Source: a virus. Taken from it: a stretch of DNA of 64,000 nucleotides. Positions within the stretch are counted from its first letter, which is position 1. Every line of letters begins with the position of its first letter. This document shows positions 29,977 to 38,593 of this stretch, in pieces. The translations under genes and the position numbers were made by a program. The stretch is from the IMG/VR virus record IMGVR_UViG_3300042888_002665; one strand, given 5' to 3'. The notes beneath the pieces are model-generated. The model did no database searches. It saw only the letters and a list, made by a program, of their open reading frames with translations, and was not told where the DNA came from.

Positions 29977-30710
29977 TTAATCCAGTTTTCTAATGCTTTT
30001 AAATATCCATCACCCATATGGTCTTTGACAGTTTTGCCTGAAAATAATGCTTTAAGATATAACCAAAGTGATCTTAATGATGATTCTTTTTTTAATATAT
30101 TACCATCTGTATCTAATCTTACTTGGTAGTTTACGTGATGAAATCTAATATATGGTACATGAGTTACTAAATCGTTTTTATGTACGATTCGTAGAGTATC
30201 TATACCACTATTATCGTAATTTTCTTTGAATACTTTATTACCAACTCTAGGACTACCAATAGTTGTTGATTTAACGTTATAATGTGGGTAATGTTTTTTA
30301 ATTGAGTGTGCATACAATGTTGCTACTGCTCCACCTAAACTATGCCCACAAACTACAATATCTGTAGCTTCACCTTGTAGATTTTCTAATGCAGTATCGA
30401 TTGCATCATATGTATCACCTACTACTGATTCCCAGGAACTCTTGAATCCAATATGTACTTTCTCACCTTCGTTTATAAATGGTACTTTATCAATTGAAGC
30501 ATCGTTTTGAAAATCCTTCTTTGATTCGCTGCCTCTCCACACAACATATATAGTTTTATCTTTTACTGCTACAAATCCTTGTGTGTCTGATTTTTTATGT
30601 TCGATCCATTTTACTAATTCTAATCCATAATCATCCCATATGATTTGATCTTGGTTGGAATAAGCTAACACTGCTAATTTAGCGTTATATAATGCTTCGT
30701 TTCTTGTCAT
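29973..30710 (-). CDS. Lipase class 3 (alpha/beta hydrolase)
   Basis: VVWRGS, VH.GF, GHSLGGA nucleophile elbow, GSPRVGN and D.V..VP motifs. Confidence 0.92.
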   Translation of the reverse strand: MTRNEALYNAKLAVLAYSNQDQIIWDDYGLELVKWIEHKKSDTQGFVAVKDKTIYVVWRGSESKKDFQNDASIDKVPFINEGEKVHIGFKSSWESVVGDTYDAIDTALENLQGEATDIVVCGHSLGGAVATLYAHSIKKHYPHYNVKSTTIGSPRVGNKVFKENYDNSGIDTLRIVHKNDLVTHVPYIRFHHVNYQVRLDTDGNILKKESSLRSLWLYLKALFSGKTVKDHMGDGYLKALENWIK

Positions 30711-30724
30711 AATATATTTTTGTA

Positions 30725-30733
30725 TATAAATAT
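30725..30733 (-). promoter_or_regulatory. ATATTTATA putative late promoter
   Basis: Upstream of the lipase-terminase unit, immediately after a terminator. Confidence 0.6.
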
Positions 30734-30746
30734 ATAGAAAAAGAAA

Positions 30747-30765
30747 AGTCCGCTAAAAGCGGACT
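30747..30765 (-). terminator. Intrinsic terminator
   Basis: AGTCCGC-TAAAA-GCGGACT stem followed on the minus strand by TTTCTTTTTC. Confidence 0.8.
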
Positions 30766-30797
30766 CTCTAAATAAACAAACATTATTATGAAAAATC

Positions 30798-31748
30798 TTA
30801 TACTTCTGCTTCAGCGTCTTCAGCGCCAACGATAGCGGCAGCATCTCTAGTTTCTTTATCAGAAATTTTAGGTATACCGTATTTCTTTTTAGTGATACGG
30901 AATTTTTTAGCTAATTCTAAAGTAACTGGATCTTGTGTTTGAATTAATCCATCAGCATATTGTTGAGCAATTTCTTGTCCTAATTCATCATCGTTAGCTA
31001 CCATAGATTGCATTTTATCAACATATTGTTGTTTTCCAGCAGCGTTATCAGCCTTACGATAAGCTTCACGAGCACGTTTGTAATCTAATGTTTTAGCAGC
31101 TAATGCTGCGCGATCTGCAGGAAGCATGTAATCTGGATTAGCTTGAGTAGCAGCAGTATACTCAATATCACGACCGAATTTTGAACCGCGGTCTTGAGAT
31201 GGAGTAACCACACCAGTTGCTTTTTCAAATCCTGTTGACACATCTTTTTGTGAGGCACTAAACGGCAGTTCATCATATGATATTTTTTTCTTTCCAATCG
31301 CACCAATTACTAGTGGACGAATAAAAGATTGTTGTGATGCATATTGACGATCAGGATTAGCTTCGTTATGAAACTTTAAAATATCTGTAGCTGTTAATGC
31401 TTCGCCTTTATCTTTTAATACTTTAACTATATCAACTAAACTTCTAAATTCTGATTTTGATAATTTACCTTGTACACTTTCTAATTCACCACGAAAATCT
31501 GGTTTCAGTGAGTATTTTACTTCAGCAGCACGAGCCATTTCTTTAATTGATGTATTTCCAAGTGTAGCAGCTTTAACTGTTGGGTCTTTTTTTATAGCAT
31601 CTATTGTTTCTTTATCACTAGGATCTACATTTATTATTTTGTCCCCTTTATTAGCATCAGCGTAATCAATAGTCATTGGTTTAGTAGCTTCACCCATGAT
31701 CTCCTCACGTACTATTTTATTAATTATTTCTTTTAATTTATCTTCCAT
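30798..31748 (-). CDS. Hypothetical protein with amphipathic leader ending IMGE
   Basis: 316 aa, with its own promoter motif and terminator. Confidence 0.65.
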   Translation of the reverse strand: MEDKLKEIINKIVREEIMGEATKPMTIDYADANKGDKIINVDPSDKETIDAIKKDPTVKAATLGNTSIKEMARAAEVKYSLKPDFRGELESVQGKLSKSEFRSLVDIVKVLKDKGEALTATDILKFHNEANPDRQYASQQSFIRPLVIGAIGKKKISYDELPFSASQKDVSTGFEKATGVVTPSQDRGSKFGRDIEYTAATQANPDYMLPADRAALAAKTLDYKRAREAYRKADNAAGKQQYVDKMQSMVANDDELGQEIAQQYADGLIQTQDPVTLELAKKFRITKKKYGIPKISDKETRDAAAIVGAEDAEAEV

Positions 31749-31778
31749 TATTTTGTTTTTTGAATAGAAATTGTCTAT

Positions 31779-31787
31779 TATAAATAT
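31779..31787 (-). promoter_or_regulatory. ATATTTATA putative late promoter
   Basis: Upstream of ATG 31748. Confidence 0.6.
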
Positions 31788-31789
31788 TA

Positions 31790-32314
31790 TTATTTTTTTA
31801 ACTCATTTAATATGATAGCAATTCTCTCCTCAGTACTACCTTTAATTTCAACTACACGTTTAGCAGGATATGTTTTTAAAAACCATTTAATAGATAAATC
31901 AATCTTATGCCGATATTCAGCATTAGTTTCTCTAATACCATTATCTTCAATTTCTACACCTTCTGGCGATACATAAAAGATAATATCGTATTGCTTAGCC
32001 AACAACATAGCTGCGTCAAATAATATCTCCTTTTCATTAGACTTAATCGACCTAGCTTCTTTAGTAAATGCGCAAACATCATATACTGTTCTGTCAGTTA
32101 ATAGATTATCATTAAATAATTCACTCGCACGCTCAGCAATGAAAACCAACTGACCTTTAACACTAGAGTCAGTATTTAATGGGATACCTAAATCACTCAA
32201 GTATTTAGATCGTTCAACACACCCAGTATAATCCTTAAACTCATCTAATTCTAATAATGCTTTAACCAATGTAGTTTTACCTACAGACATTGTACCTGCT
32301 AAACCTATTTTCAT
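31790..32314 (-). CDS. P-loop nucleotide monophosphate kinase-like (AAA_28/NadR kinase-like)
   Basis: KIGLAGTMSVGKTT Walker A, DRTVYD, YDIIFYV.P and DNGIR lid motifs. Confidence 0.8.
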   Translation of the reverse strand: MKIGLAGTMSVGKTTLVKALLELDEFKDYTGCVERSKYLSDLGIPLNTDSSVKGQLVFIAERASELFNDNLLTDRTVYDVCAFTKEARSIKSNEKEILFDAAMLLAKQYDIIFYVSPEGVEIEDNGIRETNAEYRHKIDLSIKWFLKTYPAKRVVEIKGSTEERIAIILNELKK

Positions 32315-32631
32315 CGTGCTAACCCTAATTTAATTGCTTTGTTGTGACTAACTTCCTTACCATTCTTTGGATTGATGTATGTTCTATGAGCAACAGGAAT
32401 CCAATGATTATCTCTATGAGTATAATCAAGAATATGATTATATCCCTTAGGATAAAAACATTCTACCGATATAGGTCCGGATGGATTTTTGTCTAGGTCG
32501 TATGTCCATACATCTCTCGTACCATCTGCATGATTAAATTCACGAGTATATTTACGTTTTTGTGGTTGGATCACACCTTCAGTAATTAACGTTTCACGAT
32601 TTTTGGGTCTACCCCGTCTTTCTGATTTCAT
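32311..32631 (-). CDS. Hypothetical protein with N-terminal AT-hook-like RRGRPK
   Basis: 106 aa; ATGA overlap with the downstream kinase gene. Confidence 0.6.
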   Translation of the reverse strand: MKSERRGRPKNRETLITEGVIQPQKRKYTREFNHADGTRDVWTYDLDKNPSGPISVECFYPKGYNHILDYTHRDNHWIPVAHRTYINPKNGKEVSHNKAIKLGLAR

Positions 32632-32650
32632 AATATTAATGTTTGTTTAA

Positions 32651-32669
32651 TATAAATATAATTAGGAAA
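32651..32669 (-). promoter_or_regulatory. Composite TTTCCTAATT-ATATTTATA promoter
   Basis: The sense strand reads TTTCCTAATTATATTTATA upstream of ATG 32631. Confidence 0.6.
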
Positions 32670-32677
32670 CAAATATT

Positions 32678-34006
32678 TTACTCTACTCCTGTTATTTGTT
32701 CTAGTATATCTCTTTGAATGAGTTTTTCAGCAACATAAATACCGTGTGCACCTGATACTGTAATTCCACGAGCTGATAATGCATCACCTACAAAGTGTAC
32801 ATTAGGGTAATCGTTCAATGATAAATCATGATAACGAACTAATGGTTCAGGTGATAAGTACTTAACTTCAGGAATGTACATTCCCCAATCATCACCCATT
32901 TCAGGGAATACTTGTTTCATATCTTGAATAAAATCCCAAATATATTTAAAATATCCATCAAGTGCAGGTTCAACTACATGAGCAAGTGTATCTAAACTAA
33001 TTCGAGTAGCTGATACATCATTACCTTCTGATGTTGTAGATGGAGTTCTAGATGGAGAGTAATACAATCCAGTTCCGTGTTTTTGTAGGGTTTGCACTAC
33101 ATTTCTACTCCAAGCAAATGGATCTTCGATACCCTTAATTTCCATTAAGATACCGAAGTTGGTCATATTGTTCCGGAATTCTTCCCCCTTTTTGGCATGA
33201 CCATTGTAAGTAATATCACCATAAGTTTCCTCAACGGCCACATAAGCAGCGTTATTATTAGTGCAGAAACTACGAAGAGATACGTTATCGAATTTCTGAT
33301 AAAGTTTGAAATCATAGCTGATATCGATTAATTTTTGAAAATATTTTTGTGGCGCTTCAAATCGAACACCAATTTGTACTGATTTAGGTTCATTAGGTAA
33401 TTCATAGTCGTCTGCTAATTTTTGTGCAAAGTCAATACCTGATTTGCCTACTGCAAATATTAATTCATCATATGATATTACTTCTAAACTATCTTTAATA
33501 TCAATATATTCGGCTTTAAAATCAATAGCTGATACTTCTGCATTCCATTTAAATGTAACACCCCTATCAGTTAAATACGAATACCACGCTTTAGCAATTT
33601 CATGTAAATAATTTGAACCAATATGCCATACTGGAAATAAACGTAATCCAAAATATGGTTTGATAAAATCAGGTTCAGCAATTGGATCAGACATAAATAT
33701 TTCGTCTGGTTTAGGATGAAAACGAGTAAAGTTATCTACTACTTGTTTCATTAATTCCATTGCTTTATCTTCACCACAATACTTAGCTAACTGACCACCG
33801 ATTTCAGTATGATAAGTTAATTTACCATCTGACCATCCACCAGCACCTAACATACCTGTCATTACTTCTTCAGGTAAACGATTATGCGGATCATTACCTT
33901 TATCAATGATTGTGATTAATTCACCGGGATATCCATTATCCACTAATTTGGTAGCAGCGTTAATACCTGCTACCCCAGCACCTACGATTATAATTTTTTT
34001 GTCCAT
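32678..34006 (-). CDS. FAD-dependent oxidoreductase (COG2509/YhiN-like)
   Basis: IIIVGAGVAG Rossmann motif, GAGGWSDGKL, FCTN, VNG-like YNGH, and PEVKY...VGDA...RGI..SG..G. Start moved to MDKKII (34006) because a terminator hairpin sits at 34044-34065. Confidence 0.88.
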   Translation of the reverse strand: MDKKIIIVGAGVAGINAATKLVDNGYPGELITIIDKGNDPHNRLPEEVMTGMLGAGGWSDGKLTYHTEIGGQLAKYCGEDKAMELMKQVVDNFTRFHPKPDEIFMSDPIAEPDFIKPYFGLRLFPVWHIGSNYLHEIAKAWYSYLTDRGVTFKWNAEVSAIDFKAEYIDIKDSLEVISYDELIFAVGKSGIDFAQKLADDYELPNEPKSVQIGVRFEAPQKYFQKLIDISYDFKLYQKFDNVSLRSFCTNNNAAYVAVEETYGDITYNGHAKKGEEFRNNMTNFGILMEIKGIEDPFAWSRNVVQTLQKHGTGLYYSPSRTPSTTSEGNDVSATRISLDTLAHVVEPALDGYFKYIWDFIQDMKQVFPEMGDDWGMYIPEVKYLSPEPLVRYHDLSLNDYPNVHFVGDALSARGITVSGAHGIYVAEKLIQRDILEQITGVE

Positions 34007-34031
34007 AATAAATTTTAAATTGCTTTTAAAT

Positions 34032-34043
34032 ATAATTAAGAAA
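34032..34043 (-). promoter_or_regulatory. TTTCTTAATTAT motif upstream of the FAD oxidoreductase
   Basis: The sense strand reads TTTCTTAATTATATTTAAA directly after the terminator hairpin. Confidence 0.5.
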
Positions 34044-34065
34044 GGCCCAATCTTTCGATTGGGCC
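34044..34065 (-). terminator. Intrinsic terminator
   Basis: GGCCCAATC-GAAA-GATTGGGCC on the minus strand (9-bp stem, GNRA loop) followed by TTTCTT. Confidence 0.85.
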
Positions 34066-34110
34066 ACAGATCCATTTTTAATATTAAGTCGAACGGCTAT
34101 GAATCGTTCT

Positions 34111-35100
34111 TTAAATTTTTAATAATCCTTCTGGATTTATTATAATAGCACCTCCGTTAATATAGGTATTATTTAATATGTCGTCAGTTGATAAATTATT
34201 GATACCTTCTTCAGTTACTTTTCTAAATGATATTTTTCCATTTTCAGTAACATTTGCCATATATCCTCCAAATCCAGGTTTTTTAGCAAATTTAATAAGT
34301 AATATCTGTTTTAATAATTTAGCAGCGCCTTCATTACTATCAAACGAAGACTCTAAATTCAATAATTGTAATAAAGAATCTACTTTAGCATAAATATTCC
34401 CAATCAAAGAATACTTATCGGATAATTCTCTTAAATCTGAACTGCTAAAATCTCTTAAAGTATTAAACGTATTAGTTAAGTCTACTTTATTAAAATTTGT
34501 TGATGTTGATACTTTTTTACTTGCTCCTTTACTTTCTAAAGATGAAACTAAAGCATCTAAACCAAATAATGTATTTAATAATTCAATATTTGCTTTATCT
34601 GAACCGAATTTACCTAAAGTCATACGATTAGTATCATATGCTTTTACTTCAACTCCAACTCCATCAATATTCAAATCCGGATTATCTCCTCCTTGAGTAC
34701 CTATAGCATCATGTCCTGCCTGATGGGCAAATAACCAATATAAAGCAATTTCACCATTTCCAGTTCCTTTAGAACCAGCACTGCCTACTTCTTTCCCACC
34801 TTTTGGAGGAGATATTGGGTATAATCTTTTAAATATTTCTCCATCATTCCCACTTAAAGAAATATTAGCACCTAAAGAATATTTACCTTGAACTGCAGGC
34901 ACTGCTTCAACATTTAAAGCAGATTGTATTGTTTTGTCATACAATTCTGTTTCTTCAGTTATTGGGCGGTGTTTTAAATCTAATTCTAATTCAGATAAAA
35001 TTTCTTGCATTAATTTTTTATCTGAAGGATCCGTTAGATTAGGATATCCTTTAGGAAAACGATATGAGTATTGCTTTAAAAATCTATCTATAACATTCAT
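34111..35100 (-). CDS. Putative PD-(D/E)xK nuclease-like protein with N-terminal leader
   Basis: GEIALYW...NPDL.ID...VEVKAY resembles an E...PD...ExK catalytic arrangement. The N-terminal ~50 aa ends ILSE...PITE. Confidence 0.45.
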   Translation of the reverse strand: MNVIDRFLKQYSYRFPKGYPNLTDPSDKKLMQEILSELELDLKHRPITEETELYDKTIQSALNVEAVPAVQGKYSLGANISLSGNDGEIFKRLYPISPPKGGKEVGSAGSKGTGNGEIALYWLFAHQAGHDAIGTQGGDNPDLNIDGVGVEVKAYDTNRMTLGKFGSDKANIELLNTLFGLDALVSSLESKGASKKVSTSTNFNKVDLTNTFNTLRDFSSSDLRELSDKYSLIGNIYAKVDSLLQLLNLESSFDSNEGAAKLLKQILLIKFAKKPGFGGYMANVTENGKISFRKVTEEGINNLSTDDILNNTYINGGAIIINPEGLLKI

Positions 35101-35564
35101 TATGCTTCTGCAGGTGTTTCTTCAGCCGGTGCCTCTTCAGGAGCAGCATTTAGATTTTGAGATGGTGTAGCAGCTCCTTTATCAGGATTGATAGGACCTA
35201 CAATTAATAGCTCTTGTATTGCTTTAATTGCACGTTGTTCTTCACCTAAATTAGTTAAGTTATATTGTGTACCAGCTACACGAGCAGTGAATTCAGAACC
35301 ATTCCAAATTAAATGATATGTATTGAAATTCTTTAGTGTAATTTTGAATGTAGTAGGACGAGGTGCTATCCATTCAATATTTTCAACGAATGCAGTAAAG
35401 TCTTCAGACATTAATGTAATTAATGTTTCTTGAAGTTTAGGGAATTTCTCCAACATTGGAGAATATTTAAAAGCAGCAGCCGTTGGGGTCTCTAACTTTT
35501 CAGTGTTACCCGCAATCTTTTGAGCTGCTGCTCTTACTTTATCTGCTAATTCCTTTTTAGTCAT
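35100..35564 (-). CDS. Hypothetical protein
   Basis: 154 aa with overlapping start/stop; I.W.APRPTTF.I.L.N pattern and an acidic tail. Confidence 0.6.
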   Translation of the reverse strand: MTKKELADKVRAAAQKIAGNTEKLETPTAAAFKYSPMLEKFPKLQETLITLMSEDFTAFVENIEWIAPRPTTFKITLKNFNTYHLIWNGSEFTARVAGTQYNLTNLGEEQRAIKAIQELLIVGPINPDKGAATPSQNLNAAPEEAPAEETPAEA

Positions 35565-35566
35565 TA

Positions 35567-35995
35567 TTACAATTGAGTAGAATCGATTGCAACTTCTTCA
35601 ACTGATTCTTCAGTTTCTAGAACTTCATCTTTTTCCTCTGGCTTCTCGTCTTTTTTGTCAGACTTAGCACTTTTTTTCTTACCTTTTTTATCAGCGTCTT
35701 TACCGCCTGACATTTTTTCCTCAAGTTCCAATCGAGCACCTTCATATTCATTTATTGATTTGTCCATCTCTTCCATTACTTTAGCGTATAATTTTTCGCC
35801 TAAATAGTGAGATAAGTTAATTTTTTCCATTAATCCTTTTACTTTACCCGCTTTATCAGCTTCTTGCTGAATACGAGCCATTTTTGCTTCGTTTGCTGCG
35901 ATATCACCAGCCTCATCAATTTGAGCGATACGGTGAGAAACTGCTTCAGCAATCATTGACTTAACTAAAGCACGTAATTTTTCTTTCTGATTCAT
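35567..35995 (-). CDS. Hypothetical coiled-coil protein with leader ending MIAE
   Basis: 142 aa in the operon. Confidence 0.6.
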   Translation of the reverse strand: MNQKEKLRALVKSMIAEAVSHRIAQIDEAGDIAANEAKMARIQQEADKAGKVKGLMEKINLSHYLGEKLYAKVMEEMDKSINEYEGARLELEEKMSGGKDADKKGKKKSAKSDKKDEKPEEKDEVLETEESVEEVAIDSTQL

Positions 35996-36624
35996 TATTT
36001 TTTAAGTTTTATTTTCCAAGCTAAGTTGAAACCAATATATTTATTTAGATTGTTATCCAAATATACATTCAGTCCATAAATATTGTCTTTCTTTGTTTTC
36101 AATGTAAGTTGTGGACCAACTAATACATTTGAATTTCCTACTACACCTGATATACCAGCATATACTTGGTTTTTAGGTAGTTCTTTTACTATTTTAGTGT
36201 CAGTAATTGTACGTTCTTTAATTTGAGCACTCCATTTACGTCCAATAATTTTATTCATTGATATAGTATCAGTTAACTCAATTGTACCTAAATTATTATC
36301 TAGCACTAATTTATCTTTATATAATACTTTTTTATTATATTCTTGTACTATTCTAATAGTATCGCCTTTTAAATAAATAGGTACTTCAACACGTTTTTCC
36401 TTTTCAACTATAGTTTCATGGTATATATCTTCACCTTTAACGTATTTTGTTTTATAGTGATCTATAACAACAGTATCTATTTTTTGTTTTAATAATTCAT
36501 AGTTTTTACCATCCACGTTTACTAGCGGCTTATCGCTGTCTTCTTTAGACGTGCATTGTTGAACAACAATCACTCCAACTAACACCAATATAATGATAAT
36601 GAAGAAATTTGCTTTAGTAATCAT
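35995..36624 (-). CDS. Membrane-anchored protein (possible spanin-like)
   Basis: N-terminal hydrophobic helix ending QQC, and a C-terminal alternating beta-strand region ending in aromatic W-K-I. Confidence 0.5.
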   Translation of the reverse strand: MITKANFFIIIILVLVGVIVVQQCTSKEDSDKPLVNVDGKNYELLKQKIDTVVIDHYKTKYVKGEDIYHETIVEKEKRVEVPIYLKGDTIRIVQEYNKKVLYKDKLVLDNNLGTIELTDTISMNKIIGRKWSAQIKERTITDTKIVKELPKNQVYAGISGVVGNSNVLVGPQLTLKTKKDNIYGLNVYLDNNLNKYIGFNLAWKIKLKK

Positions 36625-36636
36625 ATCTTTATTGTT

Positions 36637-37956
36637 TTACCATTTTTTACAAGACCAATAATTAGCTTTCCAACGTGGTCCTGGATTACTGCAATTATGT
36701 CTTGCTCTATACGCTGCACGGCGTTTTGGATTTTTAGCTTTAATAACCATTCGTTTACCTTTAGCTGATTTACCTCCAAAACCGAAGTTAACTTTTACAA
36801 CTTTACCTTTAGCGTTTTTAACGTATACTTTAAATTTTTTAATATCTCCTTGCATGATTTTACCTAATTGAACTTTACGTCCTCGGTATTCAGCTTCGGT
36901 TAATTTAGATTCAGTTAATTGACGAGAGTATTCCTTCATAAACATAATGAATCCCTCATAATCCTCTTTACTTTCTACATCATATTCTTCAGTTAAATCA
37001 GCTCCAATATCGTTTACATCTTGGTATGCATATTTATTTGAAGGTTCGATAGTACCTAAAATTACTTGTGGGTTTATACCTTTTGCTCTAGCAACCATTA
37101 AACGAGTATTACCACCTACTAAATAATACTTATTCGGAGAATATTGGAGAATCAACGCGGGAGGTGTTTTTTCAGCGGCTAATATGCTTTGAATATCTTT
37201 GCCGTAATAACGCGCCAATTCAATCGCTTCTTCCTCGGAATTTATATCGTATGAGTCGGTATTTTCTAAACGACTCCACATTTCATCAGTTAATGTAACT
37301 TCTTTGCCACTTGTGAATGAATTATATACTACATCATATGGTAGACCTAATTCATCTGCTGTACGTTCTATTTCCTCGTTTTCGGCTTGTAAAATAGGAA
37401 TCCACAATAGTGGAGATTTACTTTCTAAACGTACTTTAGCTTTATCTGTATTTGGAACAACACGATCGCCTTTACGATCAGCAGCAGCTTTTTTACGAGC
37501 AGTAGCAGCGCGTTCTTCTTTAGATAATGAATTTGCTTTAGCACGAGGTAAGCAACGAGTTGTTGCTTGGCCTTTTTTCATCGTACCACACGGACCTGTT
37601 ATATTACCTTGGGTATCGATTCGTACCCAATCTTCCTTTTTAAACCAATCACGTAGTGATTCGTTCATGTCATACTTTTCAGTATTATCATGTCCGCACT
37701 TATGACAAAGAAATGGTTCTTTACCGCCGTCTTCTAAATTCCATTCCCAACCGCAGTTTTCACATTCGACTGTTTCTTCATCTCCTTCCATTAATCCCTT
37801 ACATACTTTAACAGCACGACCCGATAAATAAGCAGATGGTACTTCACCAGCAGCTATACGACGATTATAATAAGCTCTACCTTTAGGGCATAGCTTTTTT
37901 TCTATAAGTGATTGAATAGATTCACTAATTAATTTATGTAGTTCTTCTTCAGTCAT
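36637..37956 (-). CDS. Multidomain protein: Cys module + Zn ribbon + DUF5872-like + ParB/Srx-like + DUF6321-like
   Basis: PSAY.SG.AVKVCK; CENCG...CHKCG; LRDWFK.EDWV; YYLVGGNTRL (ParB-like); VNFG...NPKRR..YRARH.C...ANYWS.K.W. The DUF names are from recall and unverified. Confidence 0.65.
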   Translation of the reverse strand: MTEEELHKLISESIQSLIEKKLCPKGRAYYNRRIAAGEVPSAYLSGRAVKVCKGLMEGDEETVECENCGWEWNLEDGGKEPFLCHKCGHDNTEKYDMNESLRDWFKKEDWVRIDTQGNITGPCGTMKKGQATTRCLPRAKANSLSKEERAATARKKAAADRKGDRVVPNTDKAKVRLESKSPLLWIPILQAENEEIERTADELGLPYDVVYNSFTSGKEVTLTDEMWSRLENTDSYDINSEEEAIELARYYGKDIQSILAAEKTPPALILQYSPNKYYLVGGNTRLMVARAKGINPQVILGTIEPSNKYAYQDVNDIGADLTEEYDVESKEDYEGFIMFMKEYSRQLTESKLTEAEYRGRKVQLGKIMQGDIKKFKVYVKNAKGKVVKVNFGFGGKSAKGKRMVIKAKNPKRRAAYRARHNCSNPGPRWKANYWSCKKW

Positions 37957-37967
37957 TTTTATATAGA

Positions 37968-38384
37968 TTATTTATCTGTTATAGGACCTCCAACAACCCA
38001 AGCATTACATGTTCTAGCAGCAGCACATTTAAATTTTAAAAATCTGCAGTATCCTAATTCTCCAGCATTTATTACATCGAATGGGTCTTCTGTTCCTTCA
38101 TCATCGCCTATTCCTTTAGCAATACAATCTAGTGTTTTAGTTGTAATATCGAATGCAGCACAATTAGCACATAATGATTTTTTAGCTTCTTCTGCAGAAT
38201 CTAATTTCCACATGTCAACTTTAACTTGCCAAAATTTTTCATTTGGTTCATTAGGATTTAATGGACCATATCCATACTCATTAATTGCCTTTTGTCTATT
38301 TTCAAGATTAAGTTCTATGTTTTGAGTTGGAGCAGGACACTCATTTATCTCAACTTCACTTAATATATTGATTAATTTAATCAT
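37968..38384 (-). CDS. Cys-rich conserved phage protein
   Basis: Seven Cys (CP..TQ, CANC, GYC...FKCAA.RTC.AW); leader MIKLINILSE. Confidence 0.65.
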   Translation of the reverse strand: MIKLINILSEVEINECPAPTQNIELNLENRQKAINEYGYGPLNPNEPNEKFWQVKVDMWKLDSAEEAKKSLCANCAAFDITTKTLDCIAKGIGDDEGTEDPFDVINAGELGYCRFLKFKCAAARTCNAWVVGGPITDK

Positions 38385-38554
38385 TATTTTCCTTTATTTT
38401 TTATCTTATAATATATCTGTACTCCTAACCACCCAATAGATAGGATGTAAAATAGACCAGTAAGTACAGGATTTAACATAGAAAAGAAGCTATTAAATAA
38501 TGCTATACACGTTGTTGCTACCCCGGCAGCATTTAGCTCATTTGATTGATGCAT
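38384..38554 (-). CDS. Small membrane protein (holin-like candidate)
   Basis: Two hydrophobic segments and a basic C-terminal tail (YKIKNKGK). Start moved to MHQSNEL because ATG 38587 is inside the promoter motif. Confidence 0.45.
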   Translation of the reverse strand: MHQSNELNAAGVATTCIALFNSFFSMLNPVLTGLFYILSIGWLGVQIYYKIKNKGK

Positions 38555-38584
38555 TTTATTAAGAAGAGATAAAAATGTTATGAC

Positions 38585-38593
38585 CATAAATAT
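38585..38593 (-). promoter_or_regulatory. ATATTTATG putative late promoter
   Basis: Upstream of the 38554 gene and its downstream cluster. Confidence 0.5.
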
